Shown here one piece after another: positions 12,518-24,044 of a stretch of 64,000 nucleotides of DNA. Origin of the DNA: Histomonas meleagridis 2922-C6/04-290x (taxonomy: Eukaryota > Protista > Parabasalia); NCBI GenBank assembly GCA_020184695.1, contig JAANOX010000232.1, positions 124,001 to 188,000 on the forward strand. The letters are read 5' to 3'. The number at the start of each line of letters is the position of its first letter. Position 1 is the first letter of the stretch. The notes under the pieces were generated by a model, which saw nothing but the letters and a program-made list of their open reading frames with translations, did no database searches and was not told the origin of the DNA. The translations under genes and the position numbers were made by a program.

Positions 12518-15076
12518 TCACGCTTTCCTAACATGTGCCAAAAACATATCTGCGACTTTTTTGAACTTGGGGTACCCCGATACCTTTGTAAAGTATTCAA
12601 CTAAACGTTTATTTCTTTTAAATGCTTGAGCGCATTTCGAGTGGAAGCTCAAAGACACAAAAGCTAACATAGCGAATGTATAATATTCCTTGTTAGATAG
12701 TAGTGATATTAGTGTATCATTAAATGATAAAAATTCTGGAGTATAAATACCGCTTCTAGCAATATAATCAATTAGTAACATACATTTATATTTTAACAAA
12801 CCATTATTTGAAGTGGAACATGTTCCAATTATATCCTTCAAAATTAATGAGTTTGATAAATTATAAACAAAGTCTTCTTCCATGGGGCACCTCAACAAAA
12901 CCGTTATTACACTCTCTGTGAAAAATGTATCGTTCAGGGCAATAACCGCTTTTAATAACGGAACAAAAAACGGTTCATTTGCCAAAAATTCAATGTTGTT
13001 TACGTCCATGAATAGAATTATAAACGTATTCCAACATTCTTTGGGGTACTCCATTGTCAGATTGAAAAGATTTAAGTTGTTGAGAACGAGTTGGCTTGAT
13101 TCTGGATCTTCTGCAAGCCTAAACAACATAAGCCAAGCGTTCTGGATTTGAGAATCATCTTCAACATCAAATTGGAAAGTACCTAAAAGAGAAGGGACTA
13201 ATTCATCATTGATCGTGATTTTAGGCAATCTAAGCATAAGTGAAAGTGCAAACTTACAAAAGTTCTTTTGATGCAAGTGAGCAATCAAAATGTCAGAATC
13301 AACAACAGATAAATCTGTGACCATATTACAGAGAAGAGCATATGAAACGTATACATTTGATGTACAGTTTGAGCTCAAAAAGTTAATAAGCATATTGTCA
13401 ATGGTAATGATATTAGATTTTGAAAAATTTTCATTTTTCGCAGAAAGATAAGTCAGTGCATAAATTAAGTCGGCTCCAACGGGTTTATCTTTGAACTTTG
13501 GGGTAAGACGAAGTAAGTTTTCAATGAAAGGATTTGATGTTTGAGATTGAATTGACGAATTGATAACATATTTGATAAATGGCATAAACTGTACCGGACG
13601 GTCATTGAGAAATGCCTCAATTAGACTTGAATGTGCCTCTTTTATGGAGTCTAATGACTTGAGTATTAATTGTTGGAAGATTTGAAGTGTTTTATCGATG
13701 TGTTTTTCATCAAGAGGCAAAGAAAGAATAAAAGATTCGGAACAAAACTTTTCTGCAAAAGATGAATTCCTATTGATCATGTTAATTATTGTCTTGAAGA
13801 TTTCACTGAGTACAGGTTCGGGTGAGCTGTTTTTGAAGTGGTAAAGGAATGCTTGGATAGCTGTGCTAGAGTCTTTAGGTTGAAGATGATTTTTACATCT
13901 ATCAATTGCTGATTTGAAATCAAATTTGTTATATTCAATCAACGATTTGTAAAACTCTTCGTCAAAAGATTTATCTGTTTTGCTAGTTTCTGATGAAGTA
14001 GGTTGCAAGCATGCAGAGAAATTTGAACTTGTAAAGTTCCCTTCACTATAAGTTCCTCTAGATGAAACAGAGTTAAATGAAGAATGACTTTTCGAATGAT
14101 AAAATTGTGGTTCAACAAGAACAATATTCGAAGGGTCAAGTTTTGGTTTGGAATTTTTAACGATCGCCTTTCTGGCAGATTTGATAAACCTTTGAATTGT
14201 CTTTACGTTTGATTTATGGAATAAGGACTTATAGTTACTAATAAGATATTGAACAACTTCATCTGCTGTATAACGCTTTTCAGGTTCAGGATCCCAACAT
14301 TTAGTAATGAGCTCTTGGAGAACAGGTGATGTTTTTTTAAATTCTGGTCGCTCGTTGTTTTTACATACTCTGTTATAATAATCATTAATAGTTTTGCAGT
14401 TTGTGAATGGTTTTTTACGTTCACAAACTTCGTATAATAAAAGAGCATACGAAAATATATCTGCTTTGAAATCATATTCATTACTTACTAAGACTTCTGG
14501 CGCCATAAAATGAATAGTGCCAACACTTTCTGTCATAGGAGCCTGATCAATTTCCCCTTGAAAACGTGCATAACCTAAATCGCATATCATTGGATAAAGC
14601 TTGCTATTTAATAAAATATTTGAGGGTTTCAAATCTCTATGAATTATGCTTTTTGAGTGAAGATATTGTATACCCATTGCAATTCCTATGGTAATAATTG
14701 ATAAATTTGTTGAGCTTAAACGAATGTTTGAATCCTTTTTCATTATTGCCTGATGGAGTGATCCATTTGGAATGAATTCGGATATGATCGAATAAGGTTG
14801 CTTGTTTGTGAATCCGACAAATGGAACAAGAAATGGACAATCACAAGAAGCCATTGTTTGTATTTCTAACAAAAAATAACGAAGTGAGTTGGGGTTCATA
14901 TCTAAAATGTTAAGTTCTTTAATAGCAACTTTTTTGTTTGTTTTTTTATTTATTGCTGAATAAACTCTCCCAAATGTTCCTCCGCCAATTTGTGTTTTAT
15001 TTTTAAAATCATTCTCTTGATACAAAAATGGCTGAAGAACCTCTGTAAGTTTTTGGATTGCAACTTCGTTTTCCAT
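12518..15076 (-). CDS. TKL-family protein kinase with long helical C-terminal region
   Basis: GGGTFGRV, VAIK, HRDLKPSN, DLG, GTIHFMAPE. Confidence 0.92.
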   Translation of the reverse strand: MENEVAIQKLTEVLQPFLYQENDFKNKTQIGGGTFGRVYSAINKKTNKKVAIKELNILDMNPNSLRYFLLEIQTMASCDCPFLVPFVGFTNKQPYSIISEFIPNGSLHQAIMKKDSNIRLSSTNLSIITIGIAMGIQYLHSKSIIHRDLKPSNILLNSKLYPMICDLGYARFQGEIDQAPMTESVGTIHFMAPEVLVSNEYDFKADIFSYALLLYEVCERKKPFTNCKTINDYYNRVCKNNERPEFKKTSPVLQELITKCWDPEPEKRYTADEVVQYLISNYKSLFHKSNVKTIQRFIKSARKAIVKNSKPKLDPSNIVLVEPQFYHSKSHSSFNSVSSRGTYSEGNFTSSNFSACLQPTSSETSKTDKSFDEEFYKSLIEYNKFDFKSAIDRCKNHLQPKDSSTAIQAFLYHFKNSSPEPVLSEIFKTIINMINRNSSFAEKFCSESFILSLPLDEKHIDKTLQIFQQLILKSLDSIKEAHSSLIEAFLNDRPVQFMPFIKYVINSSIQSQTSNPFIENLLRLTPKFKDKPVGADLIYALTYLSAKNENFSKSNIITIDNMLINFLSSNCTSNVYVSYALLCNMVTDLSVVDSDILIAHLHQKNFCKFALSLMLRLPKITINDELVPSLLGTFQFDVEDDSQIQNAWLMLFRLAEDPESSQLVLNNLNLFNLTMEYPKECWNTFIILFMDVNNIEFLANEPFFVPLLKAVIALNDTFFTESVITVLLRCPMEEDFVYNLSNSLILKDIIGTCSTSNNGLLKYKCMLLIDYIARSGIYTPEFLSFNDTLISLLSNKEYYTFAMLAFVSLSFHSKCAQAFKRNKRLVEYFTKVSGYPKFKKVADMFLAHVRKA

Positions 15077-15868
15077 TTTTCCCCTAATTTATCGCACTTT
15101 ACAAAAACTTGGAAAATGAACCAGACTCACAAAAATTGTGAAGTCCGATAGAATAAATAAAAATTTATGTTGTGTTATGGTTTTTTTATTAAGAGTTCGT
15201 ATTTCATAAAATAATTAATATTATTTATTCATTTCTCAGATACTTGTATCAAAGGGTCTGTAAGCTTTGAAGTTCATGCTTAGCAAAAAATATTTGACTT
15301 TATTTTAAAGTATGTAATACATTCATTTGTTTGTAATTAAACAACAATTTAAAAGGCATTTCATTGTATCCCAAAACACGCTTAACAACACAGCAAAAAC
15401 CAATACACATATTTAACTTCATACCCACGTCCACAGTTTTAATTTTTTGCCCAAAAACGAAAGCACGAAAAAAAAGTACATTATGTACATCATGAGTTTG
15501 AAGAAAAAAAAAATGATTTTATATAAAATACATTCTTAAAAGTTTGTTTTTTAAAAAGTTGAAACAATTGTTTCATATAAAAATTATATCATCAATACGA
15601 ATGAATTATATCATATCAACAGAAGAAAAAAAAATATATGTATTAACAATCATAAAGAATACATAATAATGAGTTTAAAAAAATTTTTTTTCTGTGTAAA
15701 ACTAAATTTATCAACTTCTTCAAAACATTAATATATATTTATAATATATTTATACATAATAAATTATATTTTAAAAGACATTTTCGAAACAATTTTTAAT
15801 GTTTCTTAATAAATCAAACAAAAATCAAACAAAATCACGAAATCTATATTTACATACAAAATAATTTG

Positions 15869-17779
15869 TTATTTTCTATTTGTTTCATCATTATTTCTAT
15901 TTAGCCAAACCTCCTTCAGCTTTCTGAGCCTTCTATTTCTGGGCGAACTATTATCGAACATTGTTTTGTGCGTGTTTCTGTTCATGCGAGCTTGCATATT
16001 TTTAATGTTTTTACTTTTATTATTTACATTTTTATTTTCAGTTTTTTCAACAACTTCAATTTTCTCATTTTTAATTTCTTTTTCTTTTACATTTTCATTT
16101 TCGATTTCTTTGTTTTCTTTCGTTTCTTCGTTTTCATTTATTACAATCGGCTTATTAAACTTCTCAAGATATTCGTCGATGTCATCCTTCAAAGGAATCG
16201 ATTTCGATTCAGCTTGAAAATTTTTATTCATTTTTTGTTTTTTCGCTTTCGGCTTATCAGGAAGTTCATCAAGGAAATCATCCGATAGCTCAAAGCTATT
16301 TGTTTCTGTTTGGTTCATCCAAGAGACGTCGATTTCTTGCATGAGCGGGAAATCGAATTTTCGTTCGATTTTCGGTTTTTCTTTCGTTTGTTCTTTCTCT
16401 GGAAAATATTCGTGAATTCGGTCACGTGTTCGTTCAAGAATCGATTTTTTATTTATTACTTTTTGTTGCATTTTTTGCGTTTTCATTGTTTTCCATAAGT
16501 TAAAATATTTCGACAATTTTTTGTGTTGAATTTGTTTTCTCTTTTTTAATAATGTAAAATGAAATGAAAAAAGGAGAAATATTGTAATCTTCATAGCACA
16601 CGAAATATTTTTCTTCTTCTTTTCTTGAAGAATTGGCTTTAATTTAGGACTTAAATTTTTGATTAAATTCGATTGAAATGTTTTCGAATAATGATATTTA
16701 GGCTCTTTCTCAAAAATTTTATTCTCACTTAAAAGAGTAATTTTTAATTTTTGTTGTTGCTGTTGTTGACTATTTTCATTTAATGTCTTTTGACGAAGTT
16801 CATAAAATTCGTTTATTTTGGAGGACGTTAAGATTGGCGGTTTCGGTTTTGATCGTTCTTTTTTGATTTGTTTTTGTTTTATTTCAACTTTTGGCGTTTC
16901 TTGTTGTTTTATTTGATTAAGAATTTCAGCTGTACTTGGCTGATGAGAATTTTTAACCTCGTTGACCATTTGAATTTCTCTACGATGTTTTTCAACTTCT
17001 TTTTCAATGTCATCGAAAAATTGTTTTTGTTTTTCTTGCATCGATTTCTTTTGAAGCTCAATTTCAGCAGCTGCAGCTTCTTCTCTCTTTTTTCGTTCTT
17101 GAAGGAATTTGGATTTCATTCGTTCTGTTTCTTCTTGTTCTTTGAGAATCGTATTTATTGGGTTTCGTTTTTTTGTGTATCGATTAAGAAAATTCGATGC
17201 TTTATGTTCATGTTGTTCTTCTTTAATAGGCTGAATATCTTTTGGAACTTCAGTTATTTGTGGTGGTACTTCCTTTGGCTTTGGTGGAGTTTCGATTATA
17301 TTATTATCTGTTTGACTAGTTTCAATTTCTTTGGCAATTTCATCTGACCGTGTAATGTCTTTTACAAAGTCTGTAATATTTTCTGCTTTTTGTGTAGTTT
17401 CGAAAATATCTTTTACTATTGTGCTCATTCGAACAGCTTGTTTATGTTCGAAGGAATTTTCGTCTATTTGTTTCTTAACTTCTTCAGGAGGTAATTCAAT
17501 TGGCTCTGATAATTCTACTTTTAGATCGTTTTTAATAAAATCTGATGTTTCTTTAATTAAAGTTTTTAATTTATCATGTATTTTTGTTTGTATTTCTTCT
17601 TCTGAGATGGTTGGCGTTAATAATCTTTGGAAAAGTTGTTTTTCTTCTTCTGTTTTCTCTTCAATTGGTTTTGGCTTTGCATCAAGAAAAGACCAATCAT
17701 CAAGATTCTCATTTGGGTCAATTCCGAATAGTTCATAGTCTTCGTCTAAATTGATTGAGAATCGTGCATGAATTGACAT
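15869..17779 (-). CDS. Low-complexity K/E/Q-rich coiled-coil hypothetical protein
   Basis: Long open frame in very AT-rich DNA; ATG at 17779 (MSIHAR). Confidence 0.75.
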   Translation of the reverse strand: MSIHARFSINLDEDYELFGIDPNENLDDWSFLDAKPKPIEEKTEEEKQLFQRLLTPTISEEEIQTKIHDKLKTLIKETSDFIKNDLKVELSEPIELPPEEVKKQIDENSFEHKQAVRMSTIVKDIFETTQKAENITDFVKDITRSDEIAKEIETSQTDNNIIETPPKPKEVPPQITEVPKDIQPIKEEQHEHKASNFLNRYTKKRNPINTILKEQEETERMKSKFLQERKKREEAAAAEIELQKKSMQEKQKQFFDDIEKEVEKHRREIQMVNEVKNSHQPSTAEILNQIKQQETPKVEIKQKQIKKERSKPKPPILTSSKINEFYELRQKTLNENSQQQQQQKLKITLLSENKIFEKEPKYHYSKTFQSNLIKNLSPKLKPILQEKKKKNISCAMKITIFLLFSFHFTLLKKRKQIQHKKLSKYFNLWKTMKTQKMQQKVINKKSILERTRDRIHEYFPEKEQTKEKPKIERKFDFPLMQEIDVSWMNQTETNSFELSDDFLDELPDKPKAKKQKMNKNFQAESKSIPLKDDIDEYLEKFNKPIVINENEETKENKEIENENVKEKEIKNEKIEVVEKTENKNVNNKSKNIKNMQARMNRNTHKTMFDNSSPRNRRLRKLKEVWLNRNNDETNRK

Positions 17780-18055
17780 GCAAATTTCCAAAAATTTCGA
17801 AACGTTAAGACGATATGAATTTTGTGAGCAGTTTGTCACTTTTTTCTTTTTTTTTTTAAAATCTTATAAGAAACATAATGCTATTTGCTAATAATATAAT
17901 TCGCTCTTATATTAAAAGAGAAATTAATCAATGTTTAAAATGTATTTTGGTTAATTTGTGAATTTATTTACTTTCGAATGTTATTCGTTTTCATTTTAGG
18001 ACATAAAATTAGGATCTAAAAAAGGAAATATTGATTACCATTTAATTTGATTTAC

Positions 18056-18448
18056 TTAATTTTTAGCAAGTTGTTCTTTGACGAGTTGTGCGCGCTTAGC
18101 AGCAAGTTTTGCATGTTTGAAACGTTGGAAATCGTTCATCTGAGATTTAGCAGCAGCAGCCTTAAGGTTCTTTCCCCATTTTGTTTCTTCGAATTTGGCA
18201 ACAGCATCTGCATCCTTAACAGCAGCTGCAACTGCTTCCTTATTAGCAGCACGTTCGATTTTGACAACAATGTCTGTAAGTTTGAGGCGTTTGATTGGGA
18301 TCATTTGACGTGGTTCGTTGCATCCAATAACATCGATCATAACGCGCTTGTCATCGACAATATCAACAATGACAGCAAGTTTATCAGCAAGAGGACCATA
18401 TGAAACGAGAGCAACGCGTCCAAATTCGACAAATTGTGTGTAAGGCAT
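18056..18448 (-). CDS. RPL14: 60S ribosomal protein L14 (eL14)
   Basis: FVEFGRVALVSYGPLADKLAVIVDIVD..QMNDFQRFK. Confidence 0.95.
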   Translation of the reverse strand: MPYTQFVEFGRVALVSYGPLADKLAVIVDIVDDKRVMIDVIGCNEPRQMIPIKRLKLTDIVVKIERAANKEAVAAAVKDADAVAKFEETKWGKNLKAAAAKSQMNDFQRFKHAKLAAKRAQLVKEQLAKN

Positions 18449-18455
18449 TCGGAAA

Positions 18456-18475
18456 AAAGGTCAGCCAAAACCGTT
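18456..18475 (-). promoter_or_regulatory. M5 (CCTTT) and M3-like (AACGGTTT) core promoter elements of RPL14
   Basis: Sense strand reads AACGGTTTTGGCTGACCTTTTTTCCGA-ATG; matches motifs described for Trichomonas ribosomal protein genes. Confidence 0.65.
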
Positions 18476-18563
18476 ATCGAAATTGACAATGTTTGTTCTG
18501 GTTCGAAAAATTTGGGGCAGCTCAAGTCCGTTACGAATATAAACGTATTCTCATAAGAAGCAA

Positions 18564-20024
18564 ATGAGTCAAGAAGAATCAGAAAATAAAGACTTACTTG
18601 AAAATGCAATTAATATTTCAAATCAATGTCATGAAGAACATCCAAGGAAGTATTATTTTGGAGAAGGAGAACCAGAATTTGTTAAACAATGTAAAGAAGT
18701 TTTACGTATTTTAAAATCCACAATCCCAATATCAGAGCTTTATATTTCTGAAGATTCTATCATTGACTACCCGATATTTAAAAAAATACATAAACATATA
18801 TCACAAATACAACATATATATCAAGGAGAACAAGATAAATTAATTAATATTTTTATAGAACATTTATTTCCAAAAAATCCATTACCCTTACGTCATAAAG
18901 TTTTAATATCATCATCACTTTTTAGTGCACGAGTTTATATCCATGAATCTTCACTTCAACCAACACCACATCATGCATACATCGATGGTTATTACAATTT
19001 GGTTATTCGTCTCAATGACAATTTACTTCGTATTCCACTTCTCATTGAAGGTGAAGATGATCAATTAATTCCACCAACAATTCCAAATTCTATCCGATTT
19101 GTTAGTGACATTGATAAAACTGATTCTGTACAAAAAGAAATGAATAAATATCTTTGCGAAATTGCTCCTGAACGTGGCCGAAGTGAACAATTACATTTAT
19201 TCATCTCAATTTTAAACCGTAACAATTCGCTAAGTGATTTTCTTCCATCTTTAATGAGCTCTATAGCGTCACCAGATCTAACATTTGCCATTGCTATAAC
19301 CACACTTGCATCAGAACCAAATAATATATTAATAGTCACAAATGTATTTAATATTCTTTCTTCATTAAATTTACTTGATCATTATTTCAGATGTTTAATT
19401 ACATATGTAATCGACATTGGAATTAAAACAAAACATGTTCAATGTCCAGAATCAATTTCATTACAAAATATTTTCATTTCTTTTTCTATACAATGGATTC
19501 GTTCATTATGTGAAAAGTTTAAAACAAAACAAAATATTTCTTTAGAAGAAATAATTTTTGTGATTTGTAATGATATTAATAATAAAAAAGATATACAAAA
19601 TGAATCTCTTTACATGTTAAAAGCTGCTTTATCTATCGCAGCTTACGCAGATGAAAGTGGTTTTGCTGCAATTGCTTTTTTACTCGAAATTATAATTTGG
19701 CCTTTCGTGAAAGGTTTACATATCGAAGAAGAATTCGTACAAACGAAAATTGATCTTTCGCAACAAAAAGAAAATGTTATAAAAATTAGAAATATTTTGA
19801 AAAAGACAATTTTAAATGTGTTAAATATGAAAATTTCAATTGTCTTTTACCCCGAAAAAATCGAAGATCAAGTAATAGAAATACATAACTTTATCACACA
19901 AAAAATAAATTTGTTCATCAAATTGGTTATATATTTAAATAGCAGAAAGTTACAAGACTCGCCTTTGTTTCATATGATGAAGTTTTCATATACAATTTGC
20001 AATGAATTGGATGATGATGATTAA
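18564..20024 (+). CDS. Hypothetical protein
   Basis: 486-aa ORF with ATG, divergent from RPL14; no motif recognised with confidence. Confidence 0.75.
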   Translation: MSQEESENKDLLENAINISNQCHEEHPRKYYFGEGEPEFVKQCKEVLRILKSTIPISELYISEDSIIDYPIFKKIHKHISQIQHIYQGEQDKLINIFIEHLFPKNPLPLRHKVLISSSLFSARVYIHESSLQPTPHHAYIDGYYNLVIRLNDNLLRIPLLIEGEDDQLIPPTIPNSIRFVSDIDKTDSVQKEMNKYLCEIAPERGRSEQLHLFISILNRNNSLSDFLPSLMSSIASPDLTFAIAITTLASEPNNILIVTNVFNILSSLNLLDHYFRCLITYVIDIGIKTKHVQCPESISLQNIFISFSIQWIRSLCEKFKTKQNISLEEIIFVICNDINNKKDIQNESLYMLKAALSIAAYADESGFAAIAFLLEIIIWPFVKGLHIEEEFVQTKIDLSQQKENVIKIRNILKKTILNVLNMKISIVFYPEKIEDQVIEIHNFITQKINLFIKLVIYLNSRKLQDSPLFHMMKFSYTICNELDDDD

Positions 20025-20276
20025 TTTGTATATAAAACAATAACTAATATATGTTAATAAAAATTTAAATTGTATTCCATGTTTTTTTTTTAATAATAAT
20101 CCAAATGAAATTATGCATCATTCAGGAATTCTTCTAATTAAAATCTTATTACAGACTTTTCGAAAAGAGATAAAAACAGTTCGGTTTTGTAACTTTTTGA
20201 TATAGAGCCGCCAAAACCGCATAATGCAATCAAAAAGAAAAAATGACCGTTACTATTGCACCCATCCCAACAAAAG

Positions 20277-20864
20277 ATGAGACCAAACATTAAATTAGTT
20301 TTTATTGGCGATTCTTCAGTTGGAAAATCAAGTTTAGTTGTCAAGTATTGTACAAAGGCATTTCCGTTTGAAATTCAACCAACAGTAAATGCTGCATATC
20401 AAACAAAAATCTTTCAATTACCTGACAAAACAGAAATAGAACTTAGAATTTGGGACACGGCAGGTCAGGAAGCTTACCATTCATTAGCTCCAATTTATTT
20501 TCAGAATTCTTCAATTGCTTTTGTTGTTTTTGACATTACTTCTCATTCTTCTTTTAAAAATGTTGAAAATTGGATTAAACTCGTACGAGAATACGGAAAC
20601 AAGAATATGGTAGTTGTTATTGTTGCAAACAAAGCAGATCTTGAAAATGATCGTCAAGTTCAACCAAAGGAATATAACGATTTAGCAGACAAATGTGGTA
20701 CTCTTGTACAAGAAACAAGTGCACTCACAGGAATTGGAATTGAAGAAATGTTTGATCTTGCAGTAAACAAACTAATTGAATCAGATGAATCTCTTCAATA
20801 TCAGTTATACGTCTCAAAGAATCAAATCGGGCAACAACAAGTAGCGAAATCTGGATGTTGCTAA
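20277..20864 (+). CDS. Divergent Rab GTPase
   Basis: GDSSVGKS, WDTAGQE, NKAD, ETSA, C-terminal CC prenylation motif. Confidence 0.9.
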   Translation: MRPNIKLVFIGDSSVGKSSLVVKYCTKAFPFEIQPTVNAAYQTKIFQLPDKTEIELRIWDTAGQEAYHSLAPIYFQNSSIAFVVFDITSHSSFKNVENWIKLVREYGNKNMVVVIVANKADLENDRQVQPKEYNDLADKCGTLVQETSALTGIGIEEMFDLAVNKLIESDESLQYQLYVSKNQIGQQQVAKSGCC

Positions 20865-21017
20865 TGCGTTTTTAGCGAAGTTATTCTTATGTAAAAATTG
20901 AATTATTTTCAGAAACTGTGTTTGAAAAACCGATTCCAAGGTTCGAAATATTTATGTGTAATTTTTTTTTGTTTTTTTTTGGTGAGCGACCAATGGCTTA
21001 GATTTCTGTTATAAAAA

Positions 21018-24000
21018 ATGCAAAATCTTGGGGTCGAAGGCACTCCATTTGATGTTAATGCTTTTGATCAAGTTTGCCTTGGACTTCGTAATCAATCTAG
21101 TTCCGTTTCTGTAGATCAAGCAAACGAAATTTTAACAAATTTCCTAAAACGAAATGATGCATGGCAATTTATCCCACAAATTGCTGACGCACCAACATCC
21201 CCATATGCTAAATTTTTTGCAATGAAATTATTCAAAGATTTAGTTGAAACCAAATGGGATCTTATTGATCCACAGATTAGAGAAAGTTTGAAAAATTATT
21301 TAATTTCTCATGTTTGCCAATGGGCTAATATACCTGATTTTGATGTTGCTGTTTTAAATGAAGGTGATATTGCGTTAACAATAATCATTCTTAGAGAATG
21401 GCCACAAGAATGGAGCTCAGTTATTGATGATCTCCTTTCATCAGCAGCTGGTTCTAGGGGGATATGTCATAATAATTTAAAAATAATCACATTTTTATCA
21501 CAACAAGTTATGGATTTTGGATATGAAGAACTTACATCCACACGAATTTCTCAAGTTTCGTCAGCTCTTTCTAAGATTTCACCACAGATATATGAACTAA
21601 TTGAATCAGTTCTTAATAATTATTTCAATACTGATGATGTTGAAATCGTTAATACAGCACTTGTTGCACTTAAATCCATTATTAAGTGGCTTAATCCATA
21701 TTTTATTTTTGAAACACCATTACCAGTAGCATTATGTAATTCATTTTTACCACTTTCCAAATATCAAAATTCAGTTTTATCTATTTTTGGTGAAATTGCT
21801 TCGTTAACTAATGTCCCAGAACAATATCATTCCATATATCCGCAAATATTTCATTCAGTCATTGATTCATTACAAGCAATTCTTAATCCATCAATATCAT
21901 TACCTGAATTCACAGTTGCAAATCAAGACTTTGTTAAGACATTAATATTTACATTATCATCATTCTTAATAAATTATACTTCTATCATTGAGTTAGCACA
22001 AGAATTCGAACCATTAGGTATCGCACTTACATGGACCATCGAATTCATGAAGATCATTGAAATTGATAGTTTCCGTACACTATGTGAAGTTTGGGGTTCA
22101 ATTGCACGAAACTTTTATCTTAAACAATCTGCGAATTTGTTTGAGTTTTATAATCAATTCTTCCCTATAGTTCGTCGTATAATGATAACACGAATGGAAC
22201 GACCAAACGAAATCATTATATATGAAGATGAAACAGGAAATGTCGTAAAAGAAGAAACACGTAACACATTAACACTTGCATTATATTCAACAATGCGTGA
22301 AGCTTTAATCTTCTTAACAAACATTGATCCTAATGATACTGTCAAAGCGATTTTAGATAAAATTCCACAGTTACAAGAACAATGGTCTGTTGCTACATTA
22401 AACTCAATGTGTTGGAGTGCAGGTGCTATTAGTGGCACATTACCCGAAGCAGAAGAAAAGGTTTTTCTTATCAAAATTATTCAACAACTTTTAAACATTA
22501 CGCAAAACATTACATTTGATGAAAAAGCGATCATTGCGTCATGTTTAATGTTTATTTGTACACAATATCCCAAATTTTTAAGTCAAAATTGGGATTTCCT
22601 TAAGATTATCATTGAGAAATTATTTGAGTTTATGCATAATAGTTTTAATGGTATTATGATTATGGCTGTTGATTCATTTTATAAAATTGCTCAACGATGT
22701 CGTAAAGCTTTAGTCATTACACATCCGAATGATCCAGTTTTATTTGTAGATAGTATCTTACAAAGACTTGATGAAATAATATGTGATCTATCAATGGATT
22801 TAATTATTACAATGTTCGATGCTATTTCTACTATAATTGCAGGTACTTCAGATGAAGGAGTTAAATGTTTACAAACTAAATATTTAATGGATAAATTAAA
22901 TAATCAATGGCAACAACAAATGCAAAACTTTAATTTCCAAAATATCGATTGTTTACGATCAGTATTATTTATACTTAAATGTAATATGGCCGTCGTTAAA
23001 AATGTTGGGCAATCATTTCATATGCAAATTGTACAAATATTTGATCAATTTATGCAATTATATTATAAATCATGTGAGTTTTGTGGTGCAATGCTTAATG
23101 AGTTCCAAGAAATTGCACCATCATATGAAATATTTCGAGTTGCACGTGAAATTAAATCATCGATTTTACAAATCTTTATAATGTTTATCAAGAAAACTAT
23201 TAATCTTCAAATGATACAAAATAATATATTACCACAAATACAAATGGTTTCGACTGAATTTGCAAACTCTAATCATTTATCACGTGTAGCAGAAGTACTC
23301 GATATAAACTCAATGATTGCCAAGAAGATCAAACAAGATTATTCACCAAATGTCCCACATATGATAGAGTTAGTGTTATATCCAGCAATCCAAATGATAA
23401 ATAGTGAATATGAAAATTATTTCGATTTTAGAAAAAGTATTGTCGAGTTCGTATATCAAATTATGAAAAATTGTTCTGCAATATTCTTCCAATTACCTAA
23501 AGAACAAATACAAACTATACAAGGCTTAATAGAATGGGGTTGTCAACATCCTAATCATGAGATTTGTATAATGAACTTCGAATTAATGTTAAAGTTTTTG
23601 AACTTAATCGAGTTAAAGGCAAGCGCATCTTTTAAGAATTTTTATTTCTCAAACTTCTTCGATCAAATGTTTGTGAAAATGTTCGATTTAATGACTGATA
23701 CTATTCATAAGTTCGCGTTCACGCAACAAGTGAATTTGTTTAGGAAAATGTTCTTGTTGCAAATAGATCAAAATCAACCCGAGAGATTGGCTGCATTAAT
23801 TGCAGAAGTGTTCCAAAACAGAGAATTCCAATTCTTTTGTTTAGTGTTTAATAGACTAAAAGAACAAGCAAAAAATGCAGACGAATTTAGAGCAACAATG
23901 AGAGATTTGTTGATCGAAATCAGGCAATACTCAAAGGAAGACCCGGACTTATATAAGGAAGAAAGATTAAGAAGAAGAAAACAGATAGAAGAACAAAATT

Positions 24001-24044
24001 CCAGAGTTCCAGGACTAGCAGAACAAGATGAAAATGGATTTTAG
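21018..24044 (+). CDS. XPO1: Exportin-1 / CRM1
   Basis: RMERPNEIIIYEDETGNVVKE (H9 loop), CWSAGAISG, KAIIASCLMFICTQYPKFL..WDFLKIIIEKLFEFMH. Confidence 0.92.
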   Translation: MQNLGVEGTPFDVNAFDQVCLGLRNQSSSVSVDQANEILTNFLKRNDAWQFIPQIADAPTSPYAKFFAMKLFKDLVETKWDLIDPQIRESLKNYLISHVCQWANIPDFDVAVLNEGDIALTIIILREWPQEWSSVIDDLLSSAAGSRGICHNNLKIITFLSQQVMDFGYEELTSTRISQVSSALSKISPQIYELIESVLNNYFNTDDVEIVNTALVALKSIIKWLNPYFIFETPLPVALCNSFLPLSKYQNSVLSIFGEIASLTNVPEQYHSIYPQIFHSVIDSLQAILNPSISLPEFTVANQDFVKTLIFTLSSFLINYTSIIELAQEFEPLGIALTWTIEFMKIIEIDSFRTLCEVWGSIARNFYLKQSANLFEFYNQFFPIVRRIMITRMERPNEIIIYEDETGNVVKEETRNTLTLALYSTMREALIFLTNIDPNDTVKAILDKIPQLQEQWSVATLNSMCWSAGAISGTLPEAEEKVFLIKIIQQLLNITQNITFDEKAIIASCLMFICTQYPKFLSQNWDFLKIIIEKLFEFMHNSFNGIMIMAVDSFYKIAQRCRKALVITHPNDPVLFVDSILQRLDEIICDLSMDLIITMFDAISTIIAGTSDEGVKCLQTKYLMDKLNNQWQQQMQNFNFQNIDCLRSVLFILKCNMAVVKNVGQSFHMQIVQIFDQFMQLYYKSCEFCGAMLNEFQEIAPSYEIFRVAREIKSSILQIFIMFIKKTINLQMIQNNILPQIQMVSTEFANSNHLSRVAEVLDINSMIAKKIKQDYSPNVPHMIELVLYPAIQMINSEYENYFDFRKSIVEFVYQIMKNCSAIFFQLPKEQIQTIQGLIEWGCQHPNHEICIMNFELMLKFLNLIELKASASFKNFYFSNFFDQMFVKMFDLMTDTIHKFAFTQQVNLFRKMFLLQIDQNQPERLAALIAEVFQNREFQFFCLVFNRLKEQAKNADEFRATMRDLLIEIRQYSKEDPDLYKEERLRRRKQIEEQNSRVPGLAEQDENGF

